Below are positions 47,271 through 56,570 of a stretch of DNA of 64,000 nt, one piece after another. A model generated the notes under the pieces. The model was not told where the DNA came from and ran no database searches. It saw only the letters and a list, made by a program, of their open reading frames with translations. The stretch covers positions 34,522 to 98,521 of the forward strand of contig JAQTSY010000004.1 of NCBI GenBank assembly GCA_028711065.1. The letters are read 5' to 3'. The DNA is from Minisyncoccota bacterium. Lineage in GTDB: Bacteria > Patescibacteriota > Minisyncoccia > Phycocordibacterales > JAQTLZ01. The translations under genes and the position numbers were made by a program. Position 1 is the first letter of the stretch, and every line of letters starts with the position of its first letter.

Positions 47271-48629
47271 ATGAAAAAATACCTTTTCCTCGCATTTCTC
47301 GCTTTTTTCGTCTTTATTTCAGTTGCAAAAGCGGAAAGTTACAATTTTGAAACCAATCTCACCATTGGCTCATCAGGCGCGGATGTGGTGGCCCTCCAAA
47401 CATTTCTCGAAACTCATTCCTATCTCGTGATGCCCGAAGGCGTCCCAAAAGGATACTTTGGATTGCTTACGCAGATGGCGGTTGCAAAATACCAAACTGC
47501 AAAAGGAATTACCCCTGCTGTCGGGTACGTTGGTCCCGTCACTCGAGCGCAGATAACTGCTGATTCGCAAGTGAATCAGTCAAGCATCACGGTTACTTCG
47601 CCGAACGGGGGAGAAAATTGGCAAATTGGAATCAATCGTGCAATTACATGGACCACGCCGACAGTAACCTATGTTGATATTAAACTTATTCCATATCAGC
47701 CTCCTTGTACTACCGAAGTCTGTCCGATGATAGTGACGGCGCATTCTATACGTGCTCCCTTTGTTATCGCGAATCACGTGAGCCTCGATACCCATTCTTA
47801 CACTTGGCGAGCGGGAGATTATAGAGACGAAGCTGCGGATATTCCGAATGCCGGCGCGAGCGCTCCAATCTATCCGGGCCAATACCAAATTCAAATCTGC
47901 GAATCCGATACCAATAATTGCGACTCAAGCGATGCGCCGTTCACGCTTTCCTCAAACGACAAATCTCCGGTGGTAAATGGCATTGATGCACCGACAAAAC
48001 TTTCAATCAACGAAAAAGGAGTATGGACGATTCGCGCATCGGATCCTTCGGAGGGAACACTGAGTTATTTTGCGCATTGGGGAGATGAGCCAGTCTATAT
48101 GACGCCGGCAGGAGAAGCTTCTTCAACGACTGCAACTCAAGCGATACCACAATTTGTGCAGAGCTCCTCATTCCCGCATTCGTATGACAGAGCTGGGACT
48201 TACACAATTACATTCACGATAGAAAATAGTTCGGGACTTATGACGCAGGCCAATACCACAGTCGTCGTTACTGATCCATCCGCGCCACTTATCACTGTGA
48301 CGGCGCCAAATGGGGGAGAGAATTGGAAGATAAATGCCACCCGAGCGATAACGTGGAGAGACAGTAACTATAATTCCAGCGCAAAAATTGATTTGTATTT
48401 AGGTAAACAATTGCCGGTCGTCTGTATAAAAGCTCCGTGCGGGCCGTTCTTCGAGCAGTCTACCTATGTGCTAGATAAAAATATTCCAAATACCGGCGTC
48501 TATAATTGGATTGTGGGAACTGACATTGTCAATAATCCCATTCCGCCAGGCAGTTACGGCCTCCGCATTTGCGTAAGTGGAACTGATAATTGCGACTTGA
48601 GCGATGAGCCGTTTACTCTCGTCCAATAA
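47271..48629 (+). CDS. secreted protein: peptidoglycan-binding domain + two tandem PNGGENW-type repeat modules
   Basis: signal peptide; PG_binding_1-like (GSSGADVVALQTFL...GYFGLLTQMAVAKYQ); module 1 SITVTSPNGGENWQIGINRAITW...NCDSSDAPFTLS, module 2 LITVTAPNGGENWKINATRAITW...NCDLSDEPFTLV. Confidence 0.65.
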   Translation: MKKYLFLAFLAFFVFISVAKAESYNFETNLTIGSSGADVVALQTFLETHSYLVMPEGVPKGYFGLLTQMAVAKYQTAKGITPAVGYVGPVTRAQITADSQVNQSSITVTSPNGGENWQIGINRAITWTTPTVTYVDIKLIPYQPPCTTEVCPMIVTAHSIRAPFVIANHVSLDTHSYTWRAGDYRDEAADIPNAGASAPIYPGQYQIQICESDTNNCDSSDAPFTLSSNDKSPVVNGIDAPTKLSINEKGVWTIRASDPSEGTLSYFAHWGDEPVYMTPAGEASSTTATQAIPQFVQSSSFPHSYDRAGTYTITFTIENSSGLMTQANTTVVVTDPSAPLITVTAPNGGENWKINATRAITWRDSNYNSSAKIDLYLGKQLPVVCIKAPCGPFFEQSTYVLDKNIPNTGVYNWIVGTDIVNNPIPPGSYGLRICVSGTDNCDLSDEPFTLVQ

Positions 48630-48688
48630 TTTTTCTCCTCTCTCTTTTGTAAATTTTTCCAATTTCAGATAAGCTGGAGGAGTTTCAT

Positions 48689-48762
48689 GGTGTCTATGGT
48701 GTAGCGGTAGCACGACTCCCTGTGGAGGAGTAAGTTCGGGTTCGACCCCCGATTGACACCCA
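48689..48762 (+). tRNA. tRNA-His(GTG) with encoded G-1
   Basis: G-GTGTCTATGGTGTAGCGGTAGCACGACTCCCTGTGGAGGAGTAAGTTCGGGTTCGACCCCCGATTGACACC; anticodon loop CTGTGGA; extra 5' G pairs with discriminator C; terminator 48765-48790 follows. Confidence 0.85.
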
Positions 48763-48960
48763 CGAAAAAAGACCGCAAAAGCGGTTTTTTTCCCCATAAA
48801 ACCCCTGTGGAAAACCAATTTTATATTTGTTTTTGGCGGATTTTTAGGCGCGCATATTTCTTTGACTTACTGCAAGCATAGGCATACAATTTTTTTGGGC
48901 GTCCTTGAACAACTGTGTTTAGGGACATAGCGGGGGTAGTTCGAGAAGGAGGGTTCGGCG

Positions 48961-49467
48961 ATGGACAACGGGAGGGCAGGGATTCTGGCAGAGAGAGCTA
49001 AAAGGCTTCTGGAAGGAAGTGGAAGCCGAGTAAGCTTTGTCGAAAGCCAGGGGGCGAATATGAGGATTTTTCGCTTCATTAACGTGCAGGCGAAGTGGGT
49101 GATTGTTGGGATTCACTTCGTGGGCGACCAAATCATCGAGGAGTTGATCGTGGTGAAAGATGGATTCGATCGCTCCCGTGGAGACAATTGCTTGGGGGAT
49201 CGGCTTCTGGCGGCGCGCGAAGTAACAAGCGGCGGCCTCGTCGACCTTTCCTCACTCGTGAAGGTGCCAAAGGCTCTGCGCTACAGGAAGGCGCTTGAGC
49301 TGTTGAACAAGGTCGCCAGGATGATCCACAATTTTCCGCATCTTCTAGCGGGGTGCTTGCGAAAGAACCCGCTCCGGTATGAGTCTGCGGATAATTGCGT
49401 AGCGCGCAAGAGGCGCCACCGTCGGCATGTTGGTCGCATCACCTCGCCGGCTTACGCCACCTGCTAA
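48961..49467 (+). CDS. GC-rich hypothetical protein
   Basis: 168 aa; TTGACT-17-TACAAT promoter 48862-48895, AAGGAGGG RBS; composition unlike flanks. Confidence 0.45.
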   Translation: MDNGRAGILAERAKRLLEGSGSRVSFVESQGANMRIFRFINVQAKWVIVGIHFVGDQIIEELIVVKDGFDRSRGDNCLGDRLLAAREVTSGGLVDLSSLVKVPKALRYRKALELLNKVARMIHNFPHLLAGCLRKNPLRYESADNCVARKRRHRRHVGRITSPAYATC

Positions 49468-49598
49468 ATCGGCGTGTCGGACTGAATTTCGTTTTTTCCG
49501 GTCAATTGGAGGGAATAGCTTTGTTTCAGTTTCCCACGGCGGTCCGCAAGGATTGTCCGTGGGTTTTTATTTTGTTTCGGCTATACTTATTTGCATAT

Positions 49599-50681
49599 AT
49601 GTATCTTCACAGGATTACCCACATTCTCGAAAAATATGAACGCCATATCTCATCGGGGATGCTTGTATTTGGATTTATTTTTGATTCTCTGACTCTTACG
49701 CGAATCGATCGCTCTCGCGACCACATAATTCTCGGAACATACCTTCTCGTCTCCCTTCTCTGTATTTTTTTCGTAAATTTGTTTGAAATCCGTCGGGAGA
49801 GGGGAGGTTTTTTGGAAAAAGCTCAGCCGTGGCTTTTATTCGCAATCCAGTTTTCTTTCGGAGGCCTTTTCAGTAATTTCGTCGTCTTGTACGCCAGAAG
49901 TTCGTCATTTTTAGCCAGCTGGCCATTTCTCGTGCTTCTTCTCGGTCTTCTCATCGGGAATGAATTTTTCAAAAAGCATTATGCTCGTTTTACATTTCAT
50001 ATGAGCATTTTCTTCATCGCTCTTTTCTCATTTCTTATATTTTTCATTCCTGTCGTTTTGCGGGAGATGAGTGGAAGCATTTTCTTTTTGAGCGGCCTTA
50101 CCACCCTCATTCTTTTTTCTCTCGTTATGTACGGCCTTTCGAAATTTTTCCCCGAACGCATTGCGGAGAGCAAACGTGCGCTTGTCTTTAGCATCGGTAT
50201 CATTTTTATCCTGGTTAACGTTCTATATGTAACGAACATCATTCCGCCCATCCCGCTTTCTCTGAAAGATATCGGCGTTTTTCATTCTATTTACAAAAAA
50301 AGCAGTACCGAATTTATTGTGCTCGCTGAAGAACAAAAAGGATACGCGTTTTTACGCTCTTACGATACCGTCAGCCTGAAGGAGGGCGAACCGGCGTATG
50401 TGTTGTCCGCAGTTTTTGCTCCGACCGGATTGTCAGTGAATGTTGTGCATAATTGGCAATATTATGATGAAAAAGCGGGGTGGATCTCTATGGCGAAAAT
50501 TCCTCTCACTATTATCGGCGGGCGGGAGGGCGGATATCGAGTCTATTCGAAAAAGGAAAATGTTGCTTCTGGGCTATGGAGAGTGAGTGTGGAAACAGAG
50601 CGCGGGCAAGTGATCGGAAGCCTGAAATTCTTGGTAGAAAGAGTAAAGGACAGTCCTGCGCTGGAATCTTCTCTGCGCTAA
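49599..50681 (+). CDS. polytopic membrane protein with C-terminal soluble domain (hypothetical)
   Basis: ~7 TM helices then ~130-aa hydrophilic domain; start set at MYLHRITH. Confidence 0.5.
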   Translation: MYLHRITHILEKYERHISSGMLVFGFIFDSLTLTRIDRSRDHIILGTYLLVSLLCIFFVNLFEIRRERGGFLEKAQPWLLFAIQFSFGGLFSNFVVLYARSSSFLASWPFLVLLLGLLIGNEFFKKHYARFTFHMSIFFIALFSFLIFFIPVVLREMSGSIFFLSGLTTLILFSLVMYGLSKFFPERIAESKRALVFSIGIIFILVNVLYVTNIIPPIPLSLKDIGVFHSIYKKSSTEFIVLAEEQKGYAFLRSYDTVSLKEGEPAYVLSAVFAPTGLSVNVVHNWQYYDEKAGWISMAKIPLTIIGGREGGYRVYSKKENVASGLWRVSVETERGQVIGSLKFLVERVKDSPALESSLR

Positions 50682-50698
50682 TTTAGGATTTTCTCTTT

Positions 50699-51886
50699 TT
50701 GCTTGGTATACTTTCTTTTGTGAAAGATCTCATACGCATTCTCAAATCGCTCATCTCGAAAAGAAATATTGCTGGAATGTGCGGATTGTTCGCTCTCGGG
50801 CTGTTTTTTTTCAGTTTCAACCCATTTCATTTTCCGACGGCGCCCAAGAAAGAAGTTGATATTGAAAAAGAAAACCCCATTACTCTCACAAAAGTAATGA
50901 GATCTGCAGAATCCGCTAAAAAAGAGAAATATCTTGTTTCAGCCTCCACTCCGCAGTTTGTCCTTCTCTCTTTTGACGGCTCAAAATCAGTGGATATGCT
51001 GAACGAAATACTGGCCTTTAAGCAAAGATTGAAAGATGAAGGGAAGTCGGTTCATTTCACCTACTTTATTAACGCGGCGTATTTTTTAGGCCAGGGGAGC
51101 GCATATCTCTATCAAGCGCCTGGGGAGCCTCCTGGCAAATCAATGATTGGTTTTTCGGATTATGTGAAAGACATCCCTCTGCGGGTTGAAGGGTTTAATA
51201 AAGCTCTCGAAATGGGAGATGAAGTTGGTTCGCATCTTGCGGGGCATTTCGATGGCACGAATTGGTCAGAGGCAGACTGGAAGCAGGAATTCAATTCTTT
51301 TAATCTGCTTCTTATGAACGTACAGAAAAATAATCCCGCTGTTACGATACCGAAACCGAATTTTGGGCCAGATACCATCGTCGGGCTTCGAGCGCCTGAT
51401 TTGGGGGTGAACAGATCGCTTTATAAAGTGCTGCACGATTACCATTTTCTCTATGATGCGAGCGGGGCGGCGTCCCTTTCGTCTCGGGATAATTGGCCAA
51501 AAAAAGATGTCTACGGGACATGGCTTGTCCCGCTCGGCCGTGTCTCTCTCGGGAAGAGTCACATCTCGACGATTTCTATGGATTATAATTTATGGATGAT
51601 GCAATCTAATGTGCAAGAAGAAGCGGTGAAGGGGACAGCTCTCTGGCAGAAATATTATGACGATGCGGTCGCGGCCTATATGGATTATTTCAATTCGAAT
51701 TTCAATGAGAATCGCGCGCCTATTGTAATCGGGCACCATTTCAATAAATGGAACGACGGAGTCTATTGGGAAGCAATGAAAACATTTGCGGAAAATGTCT
51801 GCGGACGGGAGGATGTTCGCTGTGTCACCTTTAAGGAACTTGTTGGCTATTTGAATACTGAAGGAGTTCCGCCATTAATAAAATGA
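50699..51886 (+). CDS. polysaccharide deacetylase-like (CE4/NodB-like) protein with N-terminal TM anchor
   Basis: LLSFDGS (TFDDG-like), GSHLAGH (HxxxH), LRAPDL (RPP-like). Confidence 0.45.
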   Translation: MLGILSFVKDLIRILKSLISKRNIAGMCGLFALGLFFFSFNPFHFPTAPKKEVDIEKENPITLTKVMRSAESAKKEKYLVSASTPQFVLLSFDGSKSVDMLNEILAFKQRLKDEGKSVHFTYFINAAYFLGQGSAYLYQAPGEPPGKSMIGFSDYVKDIPLRVEGFNKALEMGDEVGSHLAGHFDGTNWSEADWKQEFNSFNLLLMNVQKNNPAVTIPKPNFGPDTIVGLRAPDLGVNRSLYKVLHDYHFLYDASGAASLSSRDNWPKKDVYGTWLVPLGRVSLGKSHISTISMDYNLWMMQSNVQEEAVKGTALWQKYYDDAVAAYMDYFNSNFNENRAPIVIGHHFNKWNDGVYWEAMKTFAENVCGREDVRCVTFKELVGYLNTEGVPPLIK

Positions 51887-53514
51887 CCCAAAATGAAGCT
51901 CTAAAAATCCTTAAAACTGGAGCGAATATTTTTCTCACAGGAGAGCCAGGGAGCGGAAAGACGCATACTATAAATGAATACACGCGCTATCTGCGTCAGT
52001 GTGGCATCGAACCTGCTATTACCGCTTCGACAGGCATTGCTGCTACGCATATCGGAGGAATGACTATTCATTCTTGGAGCGGGATTGGGATTCGGAAATT
52101 TCTGAATGAATATGATTTGGATAAAATTGCGACCAGTGAATATGTCACAAAGCGCGTCCGGAAAGCGAAAGTGCTCGTCATAGATGAAGTTTCAATGCTT
52201 TCTCCCGAGACTTTGTCGATGGTGGATGTGGTCTGCAGGGAAGTGAAAGGGAATACAGATGCATTCGGAGGGATGCAGGTGATTTTTGTCGGGGATTTTT
52301 TCCAGCTTCCGCCGGTTGTGAAAGCGGATATTGAATCTGAAAGCCAGTTATTTGAAGAAGAAGCTCCTCCTCGCTTTGCATACGGTTCTCCTTCTTGGAG
52401 AAATGCGAAAGTCCTGACTTGTTATTTGTCCGAGCAATATCGCCAGGACGATTCTGATTTCTTGTCTTTGCTTTCTGCAATCCGGCAAAATACTTTCGGT
52501 GATGCGCACAAAGAACATCTTGAAGCGAGAAAGATAGGAGAGAAGAAAATTTCAAAGGACGTTCCTCGGCTTTTTTCTCATAACGCGAACGTTGATCTTT
52601 TGAATGATCAGATGCTCGGTGCACTTTCTGAAGAACCGCGTGTGTACCTTATGACCTCAAGCGGAAAGCCATTTCTTGTTGAAGCTTTGAAAAAGGGATG
52701 TCTCTCTCCAGAAAAACTTTCGCTTAAGATTGGCGCGTCGGTGATGTTTACTAAAAATAATCCGAAAGAGGGATTTGTGAATGGAACGCTCGGCACAGTT
52801 TCCGGTTTTGAGTCAAGTTCAAATTTTCCAATCGTCGCTTTGCGAAACGGAAAAAAAATCGTGGTAACTCCGCTTGAATGGTCAGTCGAAGAGAATGGAA
52901 AAGTCCGAGCACAAATTTCACAACTTCCGCTTCGCCTTGCATGGGCGATTACGGTGCATAAAAGCCAGGGGATGAGCCTTGATGAGGCAGTGATGGATCT
53001 TTCGCAGGTATTTGAATATGGTCAGGGATATGTCGCACTTTCTCGCGTACGACGCCTTTCTGGGCTTCATCTCCTCGGTTGGAACGCGAAAACTTTTCAG
53101 GTTCATCCGGAAGTGCTCTCAAAAGATGAATCATTTCGGATCGCATCGGATGAAGCGGCAGAAATTTTCGGGAAAATTTCTGCCGCCGAGCTCGACAAAA
53201 TGCACGATAATTTCGTGAAAGTGTCGGGAGGGAATAGGCGAAAGCCAAAAATCGGCGTGTCCGATGTGAAAGGCGAAAAGAAAACGCTTGAAAAAATGAG
53301 AGAAAAGCATCCGAATGCGTATCGCAAATGGGATGACGGACAAGACCAAAAACTCAAAGATTTATTTGCAGAAAAGAAATCCATTCCTGACCTTATGAAA
53401 ATTCTTGGGAGGAAAAAAGGGGCAATTCAAATGCGTCTATTAAAATTCGGACTCATCGAGGATGATGGTTTTTCTTTGGCCTTCCAGAAGAAAAAAGAAA
53501 AAAAGAATGGATAG
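51883..53514 (+). CDS. PIF1/RecD-family ATP-dependent DNA helicase
   Basis: Walker A GEPGSGKTH, VLVIDEVSML, PIF1 signature, AITVHKSQGMSLD; C-terminal basic/HTH-like tail. Confidence 0.8.
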   Translation: MTQNEALKILKTGANIFLTGEPGSGKTHTINEYTRYLRQCGIEPAITASTGIAATHIGGMTIHSWSGIGIRKFLNEYDLDKIATSEYVTKRVRKAKVLVIDEVSMLSPETLSMVDVVCREVKGNTDAFGGMQVIFVGDFFQLPPVVKADIESESQLFEEEAPPRFAYGSPSWRNAKVLTCYLSEQYRQDDSDFLSLLSAIRQNTFGDAHKEHLEARKIGEKKISKDVPRLFSHNANVDLLNDQMLGALSEEPRVYLMTSSGKPFLVEALKKGCLSPEKLSLKIGASVMFTKNNPKEGFVNGTLGTVSGFESSSNFPIVALRNGKKIVVTPLEWSVEENGKVRAQISQLPLRLAWAITVHKSQGMSLDEAVMDLSQVFEYGQGYVALSRVRRLSGLHLLGWNAKTFQVHPEVLSKDESFRIASDEAAEIFGKISAAELDKMHDNFVKVSGGNRRKPKIGVSDVKGEKKTLEKMREKHPNAYRKWDDGQDQKLKDLFAEKKSIPDLMKILGRKKGAIQMRLLKFGLIEDDGFSLAFQKKKEKKNG

Positions 53515-54565
53515 AGCGCTTATTCAAAGATTGGAACGAGCGGTTGCCGAGAAAGTATTTCCGGGATGTGTCTTGGGAATTGTTTCCCGTGACGGCAAAA
53601 GGAGCATTTTTCCAGTTGGGAATTTTACTTATGAAAAAGATTCTCTGAAAGTTACGGAAAACACGATATACGATCTGGCTTCAATTACGAAATCGATTCC
53701 AACTTCCTGCGTTCTTTTGAAACTTCTTGAAGAAGGGAAAGTAGATATCGACGATAAAGTTTCGGACTTCATTCCCGAATTTGGAAATTTTCCTGAAAAA
53801 AAAGAAGTTACAATCAAAAATCTTCTCACCTATACATTGGAGCTTCAAGTTCCTGGACTTTCGTCGCTTAAAGACAAAACTCCGGACGAAATTGTTGCTC
53901 AAGTTGTGAGCGCTCATCTCAAATCTCGACCTGGTTCAAGATTTTTCTACAACAACGCAACTGCGCTTCTCATTGGCCTTGTCATTCAGAAAATTATAAA
54001 AGAACCGCTCGATGTGTACGCTGAAAGGGAATTTTTCGCGCCACTTGGTATGAATCGAACAACCTTCCATCCGGAGCGATTTCCGAAAACGGAAATCGCT
54101 CCGACGGAGGATGATCTTTGGCGCGGAAGAATCATTCAAGGTGAAGTCCATGATGAAAGTACATTCACTCTCCAGAAAAAATATTTCTTTGGTATCGCGG
54201 GGACTTTTTCAACAGTTCCCGATCTTCTCAATTTTCAAGAGATGCTTTTGACTGGGGGAGTAAAGAATGAAAAAAGATATTTTTCCGAAAGTATCATTGA
54301 AAAAATGCATACTAATATGATGTCGGAAGCTAAGGCCGAGCCAGTGGGTCTCGGCTGGAATATTTACAATCCCTTATATATGGGAACAAAAGTAAGTAAG
54401 GAAGTTTTTGGCAAAACCGGTTTTACCGGCACTCTTGTCCTTACTGATCCATTGAAAGGTATCGGATTTACGCTTCTTTCAAATAGAACATTTCCCAAAC
54501 GTCCAAAAGATTCAAATCTCATCAACGCCGTGAGAGGTGATATTGCAGACATCATTTTTTCGTAA
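53507..54565 (+). CDS. serine hydrolase, beta-lactamase/transpeptidase-like fold
   Basis: ASITKS (SxxK), YxN-like, KTGFTG (KTG) motifs. Confidence 0.7.
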   Translation: MDRALIQRLERAVAEKVFPGCVLGIVSRDGKRSIFPVGNFTYEKDSLKVTENTIYDLASITKSIPTSCVLLKLLEEGKVDIDDKVSDFIPEFGNFPEKKEVTIKNLLTYTLELQVPGLSSLKDKTPDEIVAQVVSAHLKSRPGSRFFYNNATALLIGLVIQKIIKEPLDVYAEREFFAPLGMNRTTFHPERFPKTEIAPTEDDLWRGRIIQGEVHDESTFTLQKKYFFGIAGTFSTVPDLLNFQEMLLTGGVKNEKRYFSESIIEKMHTNMMSEAKAEPVGLGWNIYNPLYMGTKVSKEVFGKTGFTGTLVLTDPLKGIGFTLLSNRTFPKRPKDSNLINAVRGDIADIIFS

Positions 54566-54652
54566 AAAAATCGGCTGAAACTAAACTAGTATCTGGTCGT
54601 GTTATACTAAGAGTCGCTCTGTCCTTTTTGCTGTTTGGCCTAGGAATCTCTC

Positions 54653-55756
54653 TTGAAAGGAGGGGTTGTGAAGAATAAAAGTGTCACACACCCTTCGGGA
54701 AGGGTGATTTTGAAGCGTGTCGCTTCTGTTGTGCTTCATGTTTACGCTCTCATCATGCTTATTGCGGTGGGGCTTAGCATGCAAGCAGTGCTTTCTACTG
54801 TTTCGGCGTATCTTTTCATAAGATGCGTTATCGTCATCGTTCAGTTCGAGCGTGAAATAAGAAGAACTGACGAGGGCAAGGAGCGCAAGCATTTGAAAAA
54901 AGGAGACCGGGCAAAGCTCGCTCCCATTAACTGGCTGCGCAGTATCGGTTTCTTCAGTGTCCACGTTGTTGGAATTGCAGGGCCTTTTGTGGTTGGTTGG
55001 AGTTGGTGGGCGACAGGCCTCGCGGTCTTCCTCTACTATCTTCGAATGTTTTTTATTACCGGTTTCTATCATCGGTATTTCAGCCACAAGAGTTTCAAGT
55101 CATCTCGCCGATTTGTCTGTATTATGGCGTTTTGCGGAGCGACTGCTCTTCAAAGGTCGGCTATTTGGTGGGCGGCAATGCATCGAATCCACCACGCCCA
55201 TTCCGACCAAGACGAGCGAGACAGACATTCTCCCCTTGTCTGGAGTATTATTGAAACGCATTTTCTCTGGCTTAACAGAAAGGGCGCAAAAGTATTTACG
55301 CCTCTGCCAGACGAGTTCATGGATGATCCTACCTTCGTGAGGAGCCAGCAGTATCCATGGGTGTATTTCCCCGCTATCATCATGGCGCTTGGGTGCTACA
55401 TCTTGGGTGCAGTGCTCTCGCACTGGTTCTATGATGTCAGTGGCGGGCAGATGCTTGTCGCGTTCTTCACAAGCACAACGGCTTTGTATCACGGTACAGC
55501 CTTTGTGAACTCTATCACTCACATGATAGGGGAACGCGATCACGATACAAAAGACAATAGCGGAGATGTTTGGTGGCTGGTTCTGTTTGTTCTCGGAGAA
55601 TGGAAACATAATTATCACCACAATGATCCGAGGGCTGCCAAGGAAAGCGAATGTGATCCGACGTATTGGGGGCTTATTGTCCTCAAGAAGTTAGGCCTCG
55701 TTTGGGATTTTGTTCCAGCGAGAGAAGAAAGAAAGAAGTTGATCGAGGTCGCTTGA
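54653..55756 (+). CDS. acyl-CoA/acyl-lipid delta-9-type fatty acid desaturase
   Basis: three His boxes HRYFSH, HRIHHAHSD, HNYHHN; 4 TM segments. Confidence 0.8.
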   Translation: MKGGVVKNKSVTHPSGRVILKRVASVVLHVYALIMLIAVGLSMQAVLSTVSAYLFIRCVIVIVQFEREIRRTDEGKERKHLKKGDRAKLAPINWLRSIGFFSVHVVGIAGPFVVGWSWWATGLAVFLYYLRMFFITGFYHRYFSHKSFKSSRRFVCIMAFCGATALQRSAIWWAAMHRIHHAHSDQDERDRHSPLVWSIIETHFLWLNRKGAKVFTPLPDEFMDDPTFVRSQQYPWVYFPAIIMALGCYILGAVLSHWFYDVSGGQMLVAFFTSTTALYHGTAFVNSITHMIGERDHDTKDNSGDVWWLVLFVLGEWKHNYHHNDPRAAKESECDPTYWGLIVLKKLGLVWDFVPAREERKKLIEVA

Positions 55757-55814
55757 AATACAGCGACCTCTTTTATTTATCTTTATGATATTCTAAATAC
55801 ACATTTTCATTATT

Positions 55815-56435
55815 ATGCCGGAGAAGAAAAAGAAAAAATCGAAACATATTCATGTCAAAGATGTCTATTTTGCGGATATGGGAGGGAAGATGAAAAAGGG
55901 ATTTGGACGCTCTCTCATCAGGAAAATTTTTCATCGGCCTGTTTTTAAGCGTGAAATTCATCACAAAACTTTCTCGGCAGATTTTAGCGCCACAAAACTC
56001 CGATGGTACTCCAATCTTTTGAATATGTTCTACTTGAAGCTCGATGGTGCCGCCTCATGTTTTTTCACCGATGAAGGAACACTCGTGATTATTTTTATGG
56101 TCTGGGGAGATCCTGATGCAGAAGAATTTTTTGAAATGCCACAAATGAAAGATGAATTCGTGGAGGATAGAGAAGCGACGCAGAAAAAAAAGAAAAAAAG
56201 TTTGAAAGTGGACAAGGATTCAGTAAAGGAGGAAGTGAAGGATGACGGGTATCATTTGCAATATGAAGAGACATACAAAGACCACGGCAAGGAAGTGAAG
56301 ATGTTTGAACATATTATTTATTCCGGAATTGATAAGCTGGTTTTCCGAGCGATTGTCCCGCCAAAAGTGTTGCCAGAAACGTTGGATGATATTTTGGCGA
56401 TTGCAAAGTCGCTTCGGATAAAGGTAACTCAATAA
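55815..56435 (+). CDS. hypothetical Lys-rich protein
   Basis: 206 aa, no motif. Confidence 0.4.
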   Translation: MPEKKKKKSKHIHVKDVYFADMGGKMKKGFGRSLIRKIFHRPVFKREIHHKTFSADFSATKLRWYSNLLNMFYLKLDGAASCFFTDEGTLVIIFMVWGDPDAEEFFEMPQMKDEFVEDREATQKKKKKSLKVDKDSVKEEVKDDGYHLQYEETYKDHGKEVKMFEHIIYSGIDKLVFRAIVPPKVLPETLDDILAIAKSLRIKVTQ

Positions 56436-56442
56436 AAGACAG

Positions 56443-56490
56443 AACAGCCCCGCCCGACAAAGTCGGGCGGGGCTGTTGCGTTTTTTTTTC
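56443..56490 (+). terminator. strong intrinsic terminator
   Basis: AACAGCCCCGCCCGAC-AAA-GTCGGGCGGGGCTGTT + T9. Confidence 0.88.
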
Positions 56491-56570
56491 GTAACGAGTA
56501 GGGTAGAGAGCGGAAGGTAAGGCAAAAACCTTGAATTTTGCCAACAGTTTTACTGTGGGAGGGCATTTCA

